DNA of 64,000 nucleotides from Cirrosporium novae-zelandiae (taxonomy: Eukaryota). Below are positions 38,150 through 50,274 of this stretch, in pieces. The notes under the pieces were generated by a model. It was not told the origin of the DNA. It made no database searches and worked only from the letters and a program-made list of their open reading frames with translations. The stretch covers positions 310,001-374,000 of the forward strand of contig JAPETS010000027.1 of assembly GCA_026023565.1 (NCBI GenBank), in the 5' to 3' direction. Numbering within the stretch: position 1 is the first letter of the stretch; each line of letters opens with the position of its first letter. Made by a program: the position numbers and the translations under genes.

Positions 38150-39812
38150 CCTTATCTAACAGGAGAGGCATTTGGACGCATTATATAAATTGAGAACAAG
38201 CTAGAGGTGAATCTGTGCCGATAAGCATGAATCGTTATGGGCACGGAGGGTAGCAACGGATTTGGAACCATCATGGGTCTAGAGGCAATTGACCCTAGTA
38301 TATTGTGTTATTTCAACCTAGAACTGAAGGATAACAGGACAAGATAGCAAAGCACATGATTGCTAAATGAGGAACGAGTCGCGACAAATTGGTTGGGATG
38401 GCAAAATGAAACCCTGTTATCATCTAGGATACTCGGAGGAATGTTGATTGGTACCAGTTGAGTTCAATATCGATCTTCTGTCCCATGGACCGTAACCCAC
38501 TCAAACAAGTGAAAGCTTTTCGGGAACAAGCAACAGGAGCAATAGCTCAAAATGTTCGTATCCATCTCCAATCATATTAGAACAGTATATTAATCAATTC
38601 GAGAGGATTAACTGTTCGTGTTACTACTAGTGGCGACTAGGTCTAGCCAATCCCAAAGAACATAGATATCAAGACCTACCCGTATTGTTGATTCTATATA
38701 AGGATAGTAGTGTTCAATGAATCAGTACAGGCACGCCCTATTGTAACTTGTCTAGCGGTTCGCAAGCTGTTGATGTGACCTTATAACCTGATGTGGAGCA
38801 TTACTAGGGCAAGGTAAGCTCCTGCCACAAAAAGCTAGTTTATCAGTAACGAAATGTGCAGAACCTGAGTGGTTCCGGGCTTGAAATAAATTTCTGGGGA
38901 AATCTGGGTCAAGTGGATAGCTGCTTTTCACTAACGGAGGAGTGATGTAGACATGGAATGTTGTACCAATGTCGTGGCATAGATAAGAAATCCTAGTTTA
39001 GTAGATATATGTATTGTTGACGCGGCAGCCGAAGCGCCAGCCAGTATCGTTTGATTTAGTTCCAATCAGGTAACGAATAATGACAAATATTGTTAGCTAA
39101 GTATTAAGATATTACAACAAACCGAATTCAATGCTATGCGAGACAAGAATAAAATGAACAGACTCCAAAGAGAAATTCAAATTGTTGGAGAGGAGTTTAC
39201 CTTGGGGTTAATGTGGCATATGAACCCGACCAGTACCCTATTAGAGTGGGATAGGATAATGTTAGTGGCAGTCATCTCGAATCGAGGGGCCAGTGAAAGA
39301 CCACTAACTCCTAAAGGGCGTGTCCTGACCCTTGCATGTGAAGATTCTACCCTTTGATAAGGGAAACATGTCACGGATAAACCGGTTGCATCCACATTCT
39401 TTCTGTGCGTATGGGCATTCTGATATTAACTATTCCGCTAAATAAAAATCTAGATGATCCCTTATCTTTATCAGAGTGAAGGAAGGTGTGCTATGCATAC
39501 GGAAAACGGCGATGCGAGTCAACCGCTGGACGACAAGCCTTGACGGTCGTCGATCTGATTTTATATCTGCCCTGCATAGGTACCATGTAGACTATTTATC
39601 GGCAAGAGTACCAAGATATCTTGGCATACTTAGTACAAAAGCAAAGGATTTTCTTATCAGAAGTAAATCAAAGTAAAGGATTTAAAAATGAAGTTTTTGG
39701 GGGATATGAAATTTTCAAAAAAATCTCGCCAAATGACGGGCAATGTTGACCATGAGCAGTATAGAGCAAGCTGTGAGATAAAAGGTAATAATTACACTAT
39801 GCAATTGATAAT
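38150..39812. promoter_or_regulatory. GATA-site-rich upstream region of the OPT gene, with a TATA box near 38181-38187 (minus strand)
   Basis: About ten GATAAG/GATAAA sites on either strand (near 38150, 38220, 38839, 38982, 39356, 39375, 39460, 39594, 39653, 39777). Confidence 0.5.
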
Positions 39813-40098
39813 TTACTTTGCATCAAAAAAATCGAGGGAGGAAGCCAAGCTACGCACTAGAAGAAGCTAAGAATATGCGAAGAAGAAAAGCGTTGAAGAA
39901 TTTGTGTGCCTTGGCGTGCTTGACTGGTGTTGGTTGGTATGTTGCTATAAGATTTCTCTCCCGCCGAGCCTCCATCTAACTTCTTTCTAGTTAATCCAAT
40001 TTCCAAAAATCTTGAGACATTATAACATGTACTTTAGTCAACTATCAATCACTCCTTATACATAATTCAGATATCCAGACTTTCTCCAACACCTCAAA

Positions 40099-42261
40099 AT
40101 GGGGCGCGGTAGAAAGCGCAACCGTACTCAGTTGGCCGAGCCTGTCTCCGACGATGGCATAACCAATGGCAACCGTGGAGTAGCTGCAACTCTAGCTCAG
40201 CTCAAGGTTCCAGATATCCCCGTCTTCAACCTCACAACAAAAGAACAAGTTGGGCAGGAAGATAAACAACAGAAGGAAGATGATTCTGATGCATGGCAGA
40301 CGGTTAAAAGGCGAAGAACAGAGAAGAAGGAAAAATCGCACTATCCAGCCTTGACATATGTTGGAGGAAAACAACAATCAAGTATCAAGATATCAGACCT
40401 TCAAAGCCTTGTTCTCTACTTGCTTGCAGATGGCGTATCTCCTCAATGGATTTCTGTCAAAGATCACCAACGAATTCGTAAGGTTGTAGTCTTGATGGTA
40501 CCTGGCTTAGAGAGAAGCATGTTTGAAGGAGATCTTCCATTGCCCCTACCTACTCTAAACAATGATAAAGAACTTGAGCAATACATTTCTACAGAGGATA
40601 GTTCCAGCAAAGTCGCAAATTGCAGTAATTGGAATCACCCAGACTATTTTCTCCCTCAGCTCCTCGTCAAAGACAAACTTCCAGAAGTACTGCAGCCACT
40701 AGCTGAGCCTTTTAGTCATCGCTGGATGGTGAAAGCACCAGGCGATGAACGCTTCAATCGTCTCCATTCTCCTTTGCATGCCATGCTAACTTCATCTCTA
40801 CCAAAATCCAAGGATGAGAAAAACGCAAAAGGTGCCCGACCTCCACGAGAAAGTAAAACATGGGAAGCTAAGCCAGTGCCGGTCACCAGCTTTCTTGCAT
40901 CCTTGGAAGAAATGCAAGAGAATGACTATGTTATACATCCTACAAACTTCCCATCGGAAGAAGAAAGAATTAGAGATGGGGAAAGAAGACAGAAGGCTGG
41001 AGACTCCATTGACCAAGGATGGGTAGACACAAAGGTTTCTGAGTTATCCGATGGTGATATTCTCGAGAGCCCAGTCTCAGAGGGCAGTCTCACGGCTGGT
41101 CGTACTGTCTATGCTGTCGACTGCGAAATGTGCATAGCCGAGGACGGCAGCTCGGTTCTCACTCGCATCAGCATAGTCGACTGGTCTGGAACGGTTGTCC
41201 TTGACGAGCTTGTCAAGCCTTCCAAAAAGATAATTGACTATCTAACCCCTTTCTCTGGCATCACGGCTGAAAAGCTTGCTCCAGTAACCACCACCCTTCA
41301 AGATATCCAATCCAAACTGCTTGAACTCCTCACCCCCAACACTATCCTCATGGGCCATTCTCTAAACTCTGACCTTCGCGCAATGCAGCTCACCCATCCC
41401 TTCCTTGTCGACACCTCGCTCATCTACCACCATCCACGCGGCCCGCCCCTCAAATCTTCTCTCAAATGGCTTAGTCAGAAATATCTCTCCCGCGAAATTC
41501 AATGCCGCACCGGTTCTTCGGGCCATGACTCCATTGAAGACGCTCGCGCATGTTTGGATCTTGTACGCCAGAAGTGTGAGAAGGGTGAACAGTGGGGGAC
41601 AAGCGAAGCAGCCGGTGAAAGTATATTCAAGCGGCTTGGGAGGACTCCTAGGAGGGGGAAACCCGTGGTCGAAGGGGAAGGTCTAAGAAGTGCGGTAGTG
41701 GATTGGGGACATCCAGAACGAAAGCTCGGCGTGAATGCAACCTATGCAATCGGATGTTCCAATGACAAAGACGTTGCAGACGGAGTGATTCGAGCTGTAA
41801 ATGGCGACCTAGACGGCAATATTATCCCAGCTGGCGGGGTCGAATTTACCTGGGCTCGATTTCGCGAGCTGGAAGCACTGAAGGGGTGGTGGACCGACGA
41901 TAGACTAGACAAACCAAAACCCTCGTCCTCCACCACCACCACCACCTCTCCTCCCTCTTCCTCTTCTTCTTCCTCAAACCCACCTCTCCCATCTCTCCTC
42001 CCAGCAATCTCATCTCTAATCTCCCAAATCACCTGCATCCACTCCTCCCTCCCTCCCTGCACGGCCCTGATCCTCTACTCCGGAACCGGCGACCCGCGCC
42101 CGATGCGCGCCCTCCAAGAGCAACAATCCACATTCAAGAGAGAATACAAGTACAAAAAGTGGGATGAGCTGAGTGTGAAGTGGACTGATGTGGAGGAGCA
42201 GGCGCTGACGAGCGCTGTAAGGAGGGCTAGGGAGGGGGTGGGTTTTTTATGTGTTAAATGA
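40099..42261 (+). CDS. DEDDh RNA exonuclease (Rex1/Rnh70-like)
   Basis: AVDCEMC, GHSLNSDL, DTS and GHDSIEDA exonuclease motifs; single 720-aa ORF. Confidence 0.9.
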   Translation: MGRGRKRNRTQLAEPVSDDGITNGNRGVAATLAQLKVPDIPVFNLTTKEQVGQEDKQQKEDDSDAWQTVKRRRTEKKEKSHYPALTYVGGKQQSSIKISDLQSLVLYLLADGVSPQWISVKDHQRIRKVVVLMVPGLERSMFEGDLPLPLPTLNNDKELEQYISTEDSSSKVANCSNWNHPDYFLPQLLVKDKLPEVLQPLAEPFSHRWMVKAPGDERFNRLHSPLHAMLTSSLPKSKDEKNAKGARPPRESKTWEAKPVPVTSFLASLEEMQENDYVIHPTNFPSEEERIRDGERRQKAGDSIDQGWVDTKVSELSDGDILESPVSEGSLTAGRTVYAVDCEMCIAEDGSSVLTRISIVDWSGTVVLDELVKPSKKIIDYLTPFSGITAEKLAPVTTTLQDIQSKLLELLTPNTILMGHSLNSDLRAMQLTHPFLVDTSLIYHHPRGPPLKSSLKWLSQKYLSREIQCRTGSSGHDSIEDARACLDLVRQKCEKGEQWGTSEAAGESIFKRLGRTPRRGKPVVEGEGLRSAVVDWGHPERKLGVNATYAIGCSNDKDVADGVIRAVNGDLDGNIIPAGGVEFTWARFRELEALKGWWTDDRLDKPKPSSSTTTTTSPPSSSSSSSNPPLPSLLPAISSLISQITCIHSSLPPCTALILYSGTGDPRPMRALQEQQSTFKREYKYKKWDELSVKWTDVEEQALTSAVRRAREGVGFLCVK

Positions 42262-42479
42262 GGGTGGGGTGGTTGGTTGAGGGGGCGCTGTTGCTTCGAC
42301 GGAATTGTTTAACAACTTAGGTAAATGAGCAGGAGTATTGTTTTTTGCTACATGCTACATAGAGCTACATTGGTACATGTATATGCTGGCTACCTAGCTA
42401 TCTGTACCTGTATCCTAAACCCAGAGTACCATGAACATGAGCAATGCGTGTGCGCACGTGTATATACATGTACGGATGG

Positions 42480-43660
42480 ATGAATCATCTTAAAAAGTAG
42501 ATAGTATAGTCCAACCACTAGACTATTAAAATACCTTTTTTTTTTCTGAAAAGAAGGCCCCCCTAAACTCCGGAGAGAAGGAAGGAAAAGGGAAAGGAAA
42601 GGAAAATATAAGATCCCCCTTTTTTTTGGATAATTAGGAAATATGAATATGAATAGGAATAGAAATAGTAAAGTAGAATTTTTTTTTTAGATATATAGTT
42701 ACCCACAAAAGCTAACCATATCTATATATATCTATCTCTATCTCTCCATCTCACCTACCAGCCTAGGTACTACAGAAACTGGCGGACAAGGGTTAGTCTA
42801 ATTACCTGAAAGGAATAACTCTCCAGGTGGTTAAAATAATACCGAACACAATAACTATAACTTTCTTCCTACATCAATTACTGCGTGCGTAGATCTAACT
42901 AGAACTAATCAATCAATCAACCAATCAACCAATCATTTGTGGTTTACATATACATAAACATATACATATTATGGTATACGGTACTGTACATCAGTCAATT
43001 AATCCCCCCGACTCTTTCCCTCCCCCTTCCGTACCCGATCTCCCTCATGCACGTATACCCTTCATCCCGCAATCCAATCCAATCCATCCAACCCCCTTCC
43101 CTATTCCAATCCCCCCACTCCCACTCCCGCCCCCTTACACTTGAACTGTCCCAGTTCCATCCATGCAAGTTACCAACTACCAACTAAGTAACAAATTTCA
43201 GCTTTTTTCATGAAGCTAATTGGTTTGTTGTGTTGGTTGTGTTGGTTGGTGGTACGGGCAGCACATAGATATAGATATGCGGTTTACCTAAAACCCCCCA
43301 AACTGCATGATTACAGTATTACAAGTAACTAATGCGTGCGTTGTGTTGTGTTACGTTGTGCTGTGTTTGTGGGATTTGTGTGGGTTTGAGTGGAGACGGA
43401 TGGGAAAAGGGGGGGAGGGGAAGGTTGGTTGGTTGGTTGGTTTGGGGGATGGGAAGGGTATACTTACTTTATTTGTAGGGTTGTAACTTGCCTTAGGTAA
43501 CGTATAACTAGCTAAGGGGGGTTTATTATTAATTATTGGTGATTTGGTGGTTTGGTGGTTAATATACCCCATGATAGTAAGTATGCATCACATACATACA
43601 TATACAAACATCCATAACCCATAACCCACAATCCCTCCAAACCTAAAAAGGGAGAATAAA
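42480..43660. repeat. Low-complexity intergenic block (homopolymers; AATC, CCAAT, GTTG and TACA micro-repeats)
   Basis: Seen directly; contains no credible ORF. Confidence 0.7.
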
Positions 43661-44934
43661 TACACTCCACCAAGTAGATCCAAACATCCATATTCACATG
43701 AGATAGGATTCTGCAAACCGTTTCGTTTTAGTTTTTGAGGCAGTTAACAGAAAGATGAGGAAGGGGTATATATAATATTTCGTAGATGCAATTATAACCT
43801 TAAAGATAAAACTGATGATAGTTACTCTCCTGTCCGAAAGTAGAGTCCTAGAGACAATTGATATATCAATCTAGGTGATGAGCATAGATAGACAATGCCA
43901 TTTGCTTCCTCGGTGGAGTTCTCGATTGGTGTGTTAATGAATGAATACGTCACATAGGTACGAATATCCGTCTTGAGTTGGGTTATGCGGCTATACATTT
44001 TTCATGCCATTATCCTTTTCCATACGACATCATGCCTTACTTTTCAAGGACCCTCTCTGTAAGCTAACTTGAAGTTTGGATACCAATCGACCAGTCAAGG
44101 CAGGGTTCCCCTAAACCCGGGTAAATAAATCCAGTTATACCAGATAGCTACGGCTTCCCTTGATCAGTAGTTAAAAGTCAACCCGATAAAAAAGAGTAGG
44201 AGATGAATATGCGGCAATGCAATGTATCGACGTGTTATCATGCACAAGAGAAAATATTCAAGAGATCGTTTGACATTTTGAATCGTGCCCTTCACCGATT
44301 GATTAGACCATGGTCATTGGACATGATTTAAACGCCCCGACCTACTACAGAACTTTCTCCACGGATGATATAGTTGACTGAAAACCCCCGTGGTAGACCC
44401 CCCGTGTAATCATGTTGACCGTAAAGTCATGCTGATCCAAATAAAGTTAAAAGGACATCATCTTAGATCTCGTCGTACACTTGCATCAATATCATATCAC
44501 TAAAAAGCCACAAGAAAGCAGTAAATCAAGGGGGAAGCTATATTTATTCCATGAGAGACAATATAACCACAGTCCCTATATGAACAAAAAGGCATCCCAG
44601 ACCATAAAGGTCTCTTAACGTAAGGAGTCAACGTCCGACTGACTGATTTCAACAGACACTGCGTTTAAACGCATCTTTCTAGATGCTTTCAAAGTTACTA
44701 TCATCCATCGCAAAGCATCATCGTCATCAAGCCATCCATGCCCTTGAATATACGAAAGATCAAGGGAAACAGAAACACGACGCAATTTCATACCCACATT
44801 GTCCTTATTCAAAAGGACACTAGAACAAAAGAAAAATCCCACGAGGTCTTGTGCTAACATCACCACCTGTCATGACCTAGAGTCCGAAGGTATGACATAT
44901 CAGATGCTGGAGTAGACCTTGTTGATATGTTGAC

Positions 44935-46853
44935 CTAGCTTGGGGCATCGCCACTGCCTCGTCTACTTCTCTCATGCCGCGATGACCTGTGCGCATCGAG
45001 CCTGGTCAGAGAAACCGATCTTGATGTTTCTCGCAAGTGTCAAGCAACGCAAACATCACAAGGGAAACCTACTGGCTTATTCTCCTTGCCACTCGTGCCA
45101 GCTCGCTGTCATTGTCTGCTTCAACGCTGGCTCTCTCCAAAGCCTGCTTCCTGTGCTCTTCACTCTTCCTGGTCACCTCCTCGTGAGAGGGAGGAAGTCG
45201 TTCGTTCTGGATATCCACCTTCCGTGCGTCTTCGAAGTTGTGGATAGCCTGTTTGATACCTTCAGCACCAAGCATAAGAGTTCCTGCTGGAAGCCGGCCC
45301 CCGGAAGCTGTCTTGAGTTCAGTAACGCGTTCAGATTCTTCACGCAAAACTTGGAAAACACGTGACAAACGGCCGATGGCCAGGATCTTGTTTTTGATAG
45401 CACGACGCTTGTGTTCCTGTTCTGTCTCTGGGGGAGATGGAAGGGGAGGTGAAACTGGCCCAGACACAGATGAGGGGGTCTCCTCCTCCAGTTCTTCCTT
45501 CGAGCAGGTATTGAGTATGGCAATGAGCATATCAGTAATCTTCTCTCCGACGAAAGGAAGCGACCATGTAAAGACGTCCATGAAATTAGGTAGCCAGTAA
45601 GGATGGGGTGTGCAATTGAACTGGCGAATGTTCATGACATTGTTCTCATACTTGAGGACAGCTGCCTTGTTGTTGTATACATCCAAGTAGTTTGGTGCAC
45701 TGAAGATAGTCATGACACTTGGAAATCCAGTTGTCCTTGTCTTCCTGTACATGCGATAACCGGCATCCTGGGCTTCGTGAGCTCGAATGATTGAAAGAAG
45801 ATTGTTCTTCTCCAGAAAGGAGCAGGCTGATGGATATGAGAAGAAGTAAGAACAACCTCTAACGTGATTATGGATGAAGAATTCCGAGGTCTTCTCTTGG
45901 CCAAACTCTTCCAAAGGATCTGCCCAGAGAATATCACACATTAATCCATGGGTTGGCGGCTCGCGGAAGCGGTCAATCTGCGTAACTTAGCAAATGTGAC
46001 ACTGACAATGTAATGGATAACATACACTCTTGAGATCCTCGAGAGTATGTAACTCTGGACTCAATCCGCCATGGATACAAAGGAATTGTTTGTTCATGAT
46101 TGCCGCCAATGGCAAGGCGCAGAATGACTCCATGCATGCTTCGTATATCCGCTCAGAATATTTATGCTTGCACTCAAGCTTGAAGGTGAAGTAATCAGTT
46201 AGGTGGCGACATTCGTGATTGCCTCGCAGCAACCAAAGGGTATCTGGATACCAAATCTTTAAAGTCCAGAGATATAGGACACACTATTACAGTTAGCGTT
46301 GCTCACCGATTTGTTTTCGAAGACAAACCTCGATACTGAAATATCCTCTGTCAACATAATCGCCCAAGAACAAGTATCTGGTTTCCGCCGGATCTCCGCC
46401 AACCTCGAAAAGTTTCATCAAATCAAAATACTGTCCGTGAACATCTCCGCAGACAGTAATTGGGGCATCCATTTCCAAAAGATTTGGCTCTGCTTTCAAA
46501 ATGTCTGAACCGGCCTGAATAATCCATAAGGCTTGTTCCTCCGTTAGACGACCTTCCCTGTAGAAATGCTGTTTAAGGAATTGAACATCTGGTTTGGATG
46601 GATCTTGCGAGGACCAGAATTGTTCATTTGTCGGTACGCTAAAGGCAGGTGCTTGAACGTCTAATCAACGCCTGTCAGATACGGTTTTCTGTGGTGAAAT
46701 GGAACATTTGAACTTACCCTTGCACACTCTCTCCATTGTGCTGACTTGAGAGCCATCTTCCATAGTATGCAAGGTGAAGTCGATCTCTGGTACCGGCTGT
46801 TTTTCATTGACAGCACGAACCGTCTTCTCGAGCTTCTCCCGTTGGACGTCCAT
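44935..46853 (-). CDS. cnaA: Calcineurin catalytic subunit A (PP2B); ends at 45069 if the last intron is retained
   Basis: GDVHGQ, GDYVDRG, RGNHE, SAPNYL, calmodulin-binding [16 protein letters not shown] and autoinhibitory [16 protein letters not shown]. Confidence 0.97.
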
Positions 46854-48529
46854 CTTGGCAGAAGAGTTCTTTGGCGGCGAAGTCGACGAGAAGATAAGGC
46901 CCCTCCTGGTATAGAGAAACTGTCAAGTGAGGACGCGAGAATGTTTGCGATCAGGACAGGGCGTGTAAACGGTAGACGGCGAAGCAGAGAGTTGGCAGAC
47001 CGAGGCTGTTGCTTCGAGACGACCGTGAAATCCGCCTGCTGGTGATCACCCACAAATTTTCTTTAACCCAACAAGGCTGTTTAAAGTCGAGATGTTGACA
47101 GATGGCTCGACGGGGTGTTCAATAAGTAGGACAGAAGAGCGGTCGAATTGTGGATTAGATACGAGAGGAATGGTTGGATTCCCTTTTTTTGCCTGAATCA
47201 GTTAGACGGTGGTTGGCCAAGGCGTTTGGGGTGATCCAAATTGGTAGGGGAGAAGCCGATGAGGCTGAGGCTCAGTGGGGTTCTTGATGGTTGATTTGAT
47301 GATCGATTTGATGATGGAACATTTTATTTCATCTGCTCACCTTAAAACCTGCGGCTCTTTCTTAACTCTATCTTTAAACTCCAAGAAGTTTATGAGTTTA
47401 TAAGATTGAAGAAGTTCGAGGAAGATGATTAGGTGAATTTAATAATAAATTTGTTGTTTTGGGGTGATACTGTGAGTTACATGGCACGATTTCAGCCTCA
47501 GGCTCCAGGCTCTGACGTCGAGGATTTCAGCCAACTCAGACCCTTCGCGGGGTGTAAGGAAGCACGTGCTTTTATGGCTTATTCCTCAAAAGTTCGGCTG
47601 AGGAACTATCATGTAGATTTGATTCATCTTTGAATATACATTATTCACTAGTCTTGATGATCTTTGGCTCAGCCTTATTCTAGAAGACAATGGCATATTT
47701 TAGTATTCCTCATCTCTTATGATCTAGATCCCGCTTAGAAATAGGTGGATTCTCATCACAGCTATTGGGAGATGTAAATCTTATCTAGCAATGGTGGTAG
47801 CCTGATCCCTGTCAATTGCATTATCCACTTCCAAGGGGAGTACTTATGAAAGACTTGAAAATTAGTAGATATATCTTACTACTTATCTGAAAGAATTCTA
47901 TAAAACTGAAAAGTAAAAAAAAAAAATTGAACCTTGTCATTGTAGTGGTATATACCCTCTGCGGTTTTTATGCTGTATAGTACAGTACAGTACAATGGAT
48001 AGGGCTCAGACGGCAGAACAACAATAGTCCAATCCTCAACTTCTTAGAAATATGCATGGAATGAGTAATCTTTGTTACGGGCATAAAAGAGCAAAAGAAA
48101 TGAATGATCAGAAACTTTTAGAGGAACTATAGCAATTGGGGTTTTTATTTCTTGTATAGTACAAGAAGACAGAAACAATTTTTAAAGATATATAAGAGAT
48201 AGTAATAGTGACAAGTTCTCTGAGGCTTTGCATCCCTTATAGAACGTACCTATCTACCTAGGTAGGTAGATAGCAGTTTTATCCACAAAAACATAACACA
48301 TTAGCCTAACTGTGGTTACACAGCCCCCTGTTACTCTAAACCCCATTAAACCCCATTCGTTAAACCATCTACGCCTCTCCCAGAATTACATCATACCTCT
48401 ACCAACGCCAAACAACTCGTCCTCAACTCTTTTTCAACCTAAATCCACGGTTCCCCCACGCAAAATCAAAGACATACCTCCACCACCCACGAATATCCAC
48501 CATCCACATCTCACAACCACCAACCAAAA

Positions 48530-49191
48530 ATGTCCTCAGGTACCACCTTCCCAACCCCAAACCAAAACAAAAAAACAAAACCACCAAGCTAACTCTTCTA
48601 GAACCACCGCACCCCCTTCTCCCTCAAATACCTCTAACGGTCTCCCCCTTCATATCCCTCCCTACCGCGCCCACCCTTCCATACACCTACAAACCAACGC
48701 CGACGACCCTCCCCCCCTCCTCCACCTCCACCACCACCGCCTCCACAGCTACAACCACCTCCGGCCCCTCCCAACAACAACCCCAACCCCAATTCATCCA
48801 CCCCCCAACCTCCTCGCACGCCTTTTCCCCCGAAGAAATAATAGCCTCCTGCCGCGCCCTCCAAACCCATTTAAAAACCATGCAAGAAGATGCTGAAAGG
48901 GCGTTACGGGAATGGGAAGATGGGATTCGGGAAAGGGAGTTGGCGGAGAAGAGGAGGCTTGCTCCCGGGTGGTTGGATCGGGAAGAGAAGATTTTGGAGC
49001 CAGTTAGAGTTGGTGGTGGGGGGAGCGGGAGTGGATTTGGGGGTGATGCTGGTAGTGGTGGTGGTGGCGAGATGATGATGGAGGTAGATGGCAATGCAAG
49101 TGGAAATGCGAGTGGGAGTGGGGGTATGGAAAATCTACAAAGTAAAGAGGGCGAGGAGTTGGACAGGGCGTTTGGGGGTTTGAGGGTTTGA
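48530..49191 (+). CDS. Hypothetical fungal protein of about 199 aa (intron 48540-48601)
   Basis: ATGTCCTCAG|GTACCA...GCTAAC...CTAG joins in frame to HPLLPQIPLTVSPF...RELAEKRRLAPGWLD...EELDRAFGGLRV*. The ORF track shows only the last 103 aa. Confidence 0.75.
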
Positions 49192-50274
49192 AGATTTGGC
49201 TTCTTCTTTTTGGCACCTACTTGGCTGAGAAGTGTCTGCTACAATAGCGGATGACGACGGCAAGGATGATTTGAAGTCACGGAGCATGGATGTGGATATA
49301 GAATCCATTAATACTTCCAAGTATAGTATATAGTATGGTGTGGTTTGATATGGCCTTCCCCCCCCCTCCCGAGTCAGATCTAGATCCAGATCTAGACATC
49401 CACAAGGGCTCTTACTCTATACATAACAAAATCCAAAGCACGCGGTACGGATATCGAAAAAAAAACAGCGCGCCATTTTTGCACCTATCCAATATCCAAT
49501 CAATCATCCGAAAGCTGGCACAATACAATACAATATCTGGTCCAGTCCAACCTCCTCCTCCTCCAAACCATCTATCTAATCACAAAAACATGATTTGAGA
49601 TGAGATGGGAGAATCAGATATCATCATCACCAACAACACATCATGTTTATGGAGCGAGAAAGGTGGTGGGGAAGTCGGATTGCTAGAAAAAATTTGTTTT
49701 TGTTTTGTTTGTGTTTTATATTCGTTGTGTTTTGGAGCGGATATGGATATGGATCACGTTATATCATATCATTATCAATCATACCCCCTCTTACATGGCA
49801 TACATATATTTTATACGAGCTGGGCAAGAAAGGGAAGGGGGGGGGGGTTAGCCTCAGTTAATTGAACTATACATATACTATTTTGCACTTTCTAAAGCTC
49901 TATATTCTAAACATGAATACCTTTAGCAAGTAAATAATAACTTTTTGTATGTATATATGTACATGTACATCTCTTGCAGCGTTTGCCCCCCCTCCACCTT
50001 TCCCTTGGTCTTCATGTTTGCTATATAAGCCATAAGTTGTTTTCTATCTACAGGTATTCGTAAAGGTTGTCGTTGGCTTTCTTCTTCTCTGAATCCCATG
50101 ATTCATTCGTATCCTTCTGTCCTTTTCATAGCGTGTGTAACGTCTGCAATGTCTCTAGCAAATTGCTTTGTTTTGGGGTGAGTGTTGTTAGTCGTGACGC
50201 ATATCATGCCCAACTTTTATAAAACCGGTTGGTAACTATACTCCAACCAATGCATTCCGTCCCCCTCCTTTTTC

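Noticed and set aside
43812..43850. CTGATGA...GAAA resembling a hammerhead ribozyme core
   Set aside because: The bases between CTGATGA and GAAA cannot form stem II, and I found no stems I or III.
48312..48896. 194-aa P/H/T-rich ORF
   Set aside because: Off-frame reading of C-rich DNA; the spliced 48530-49191 model explains the locus better.
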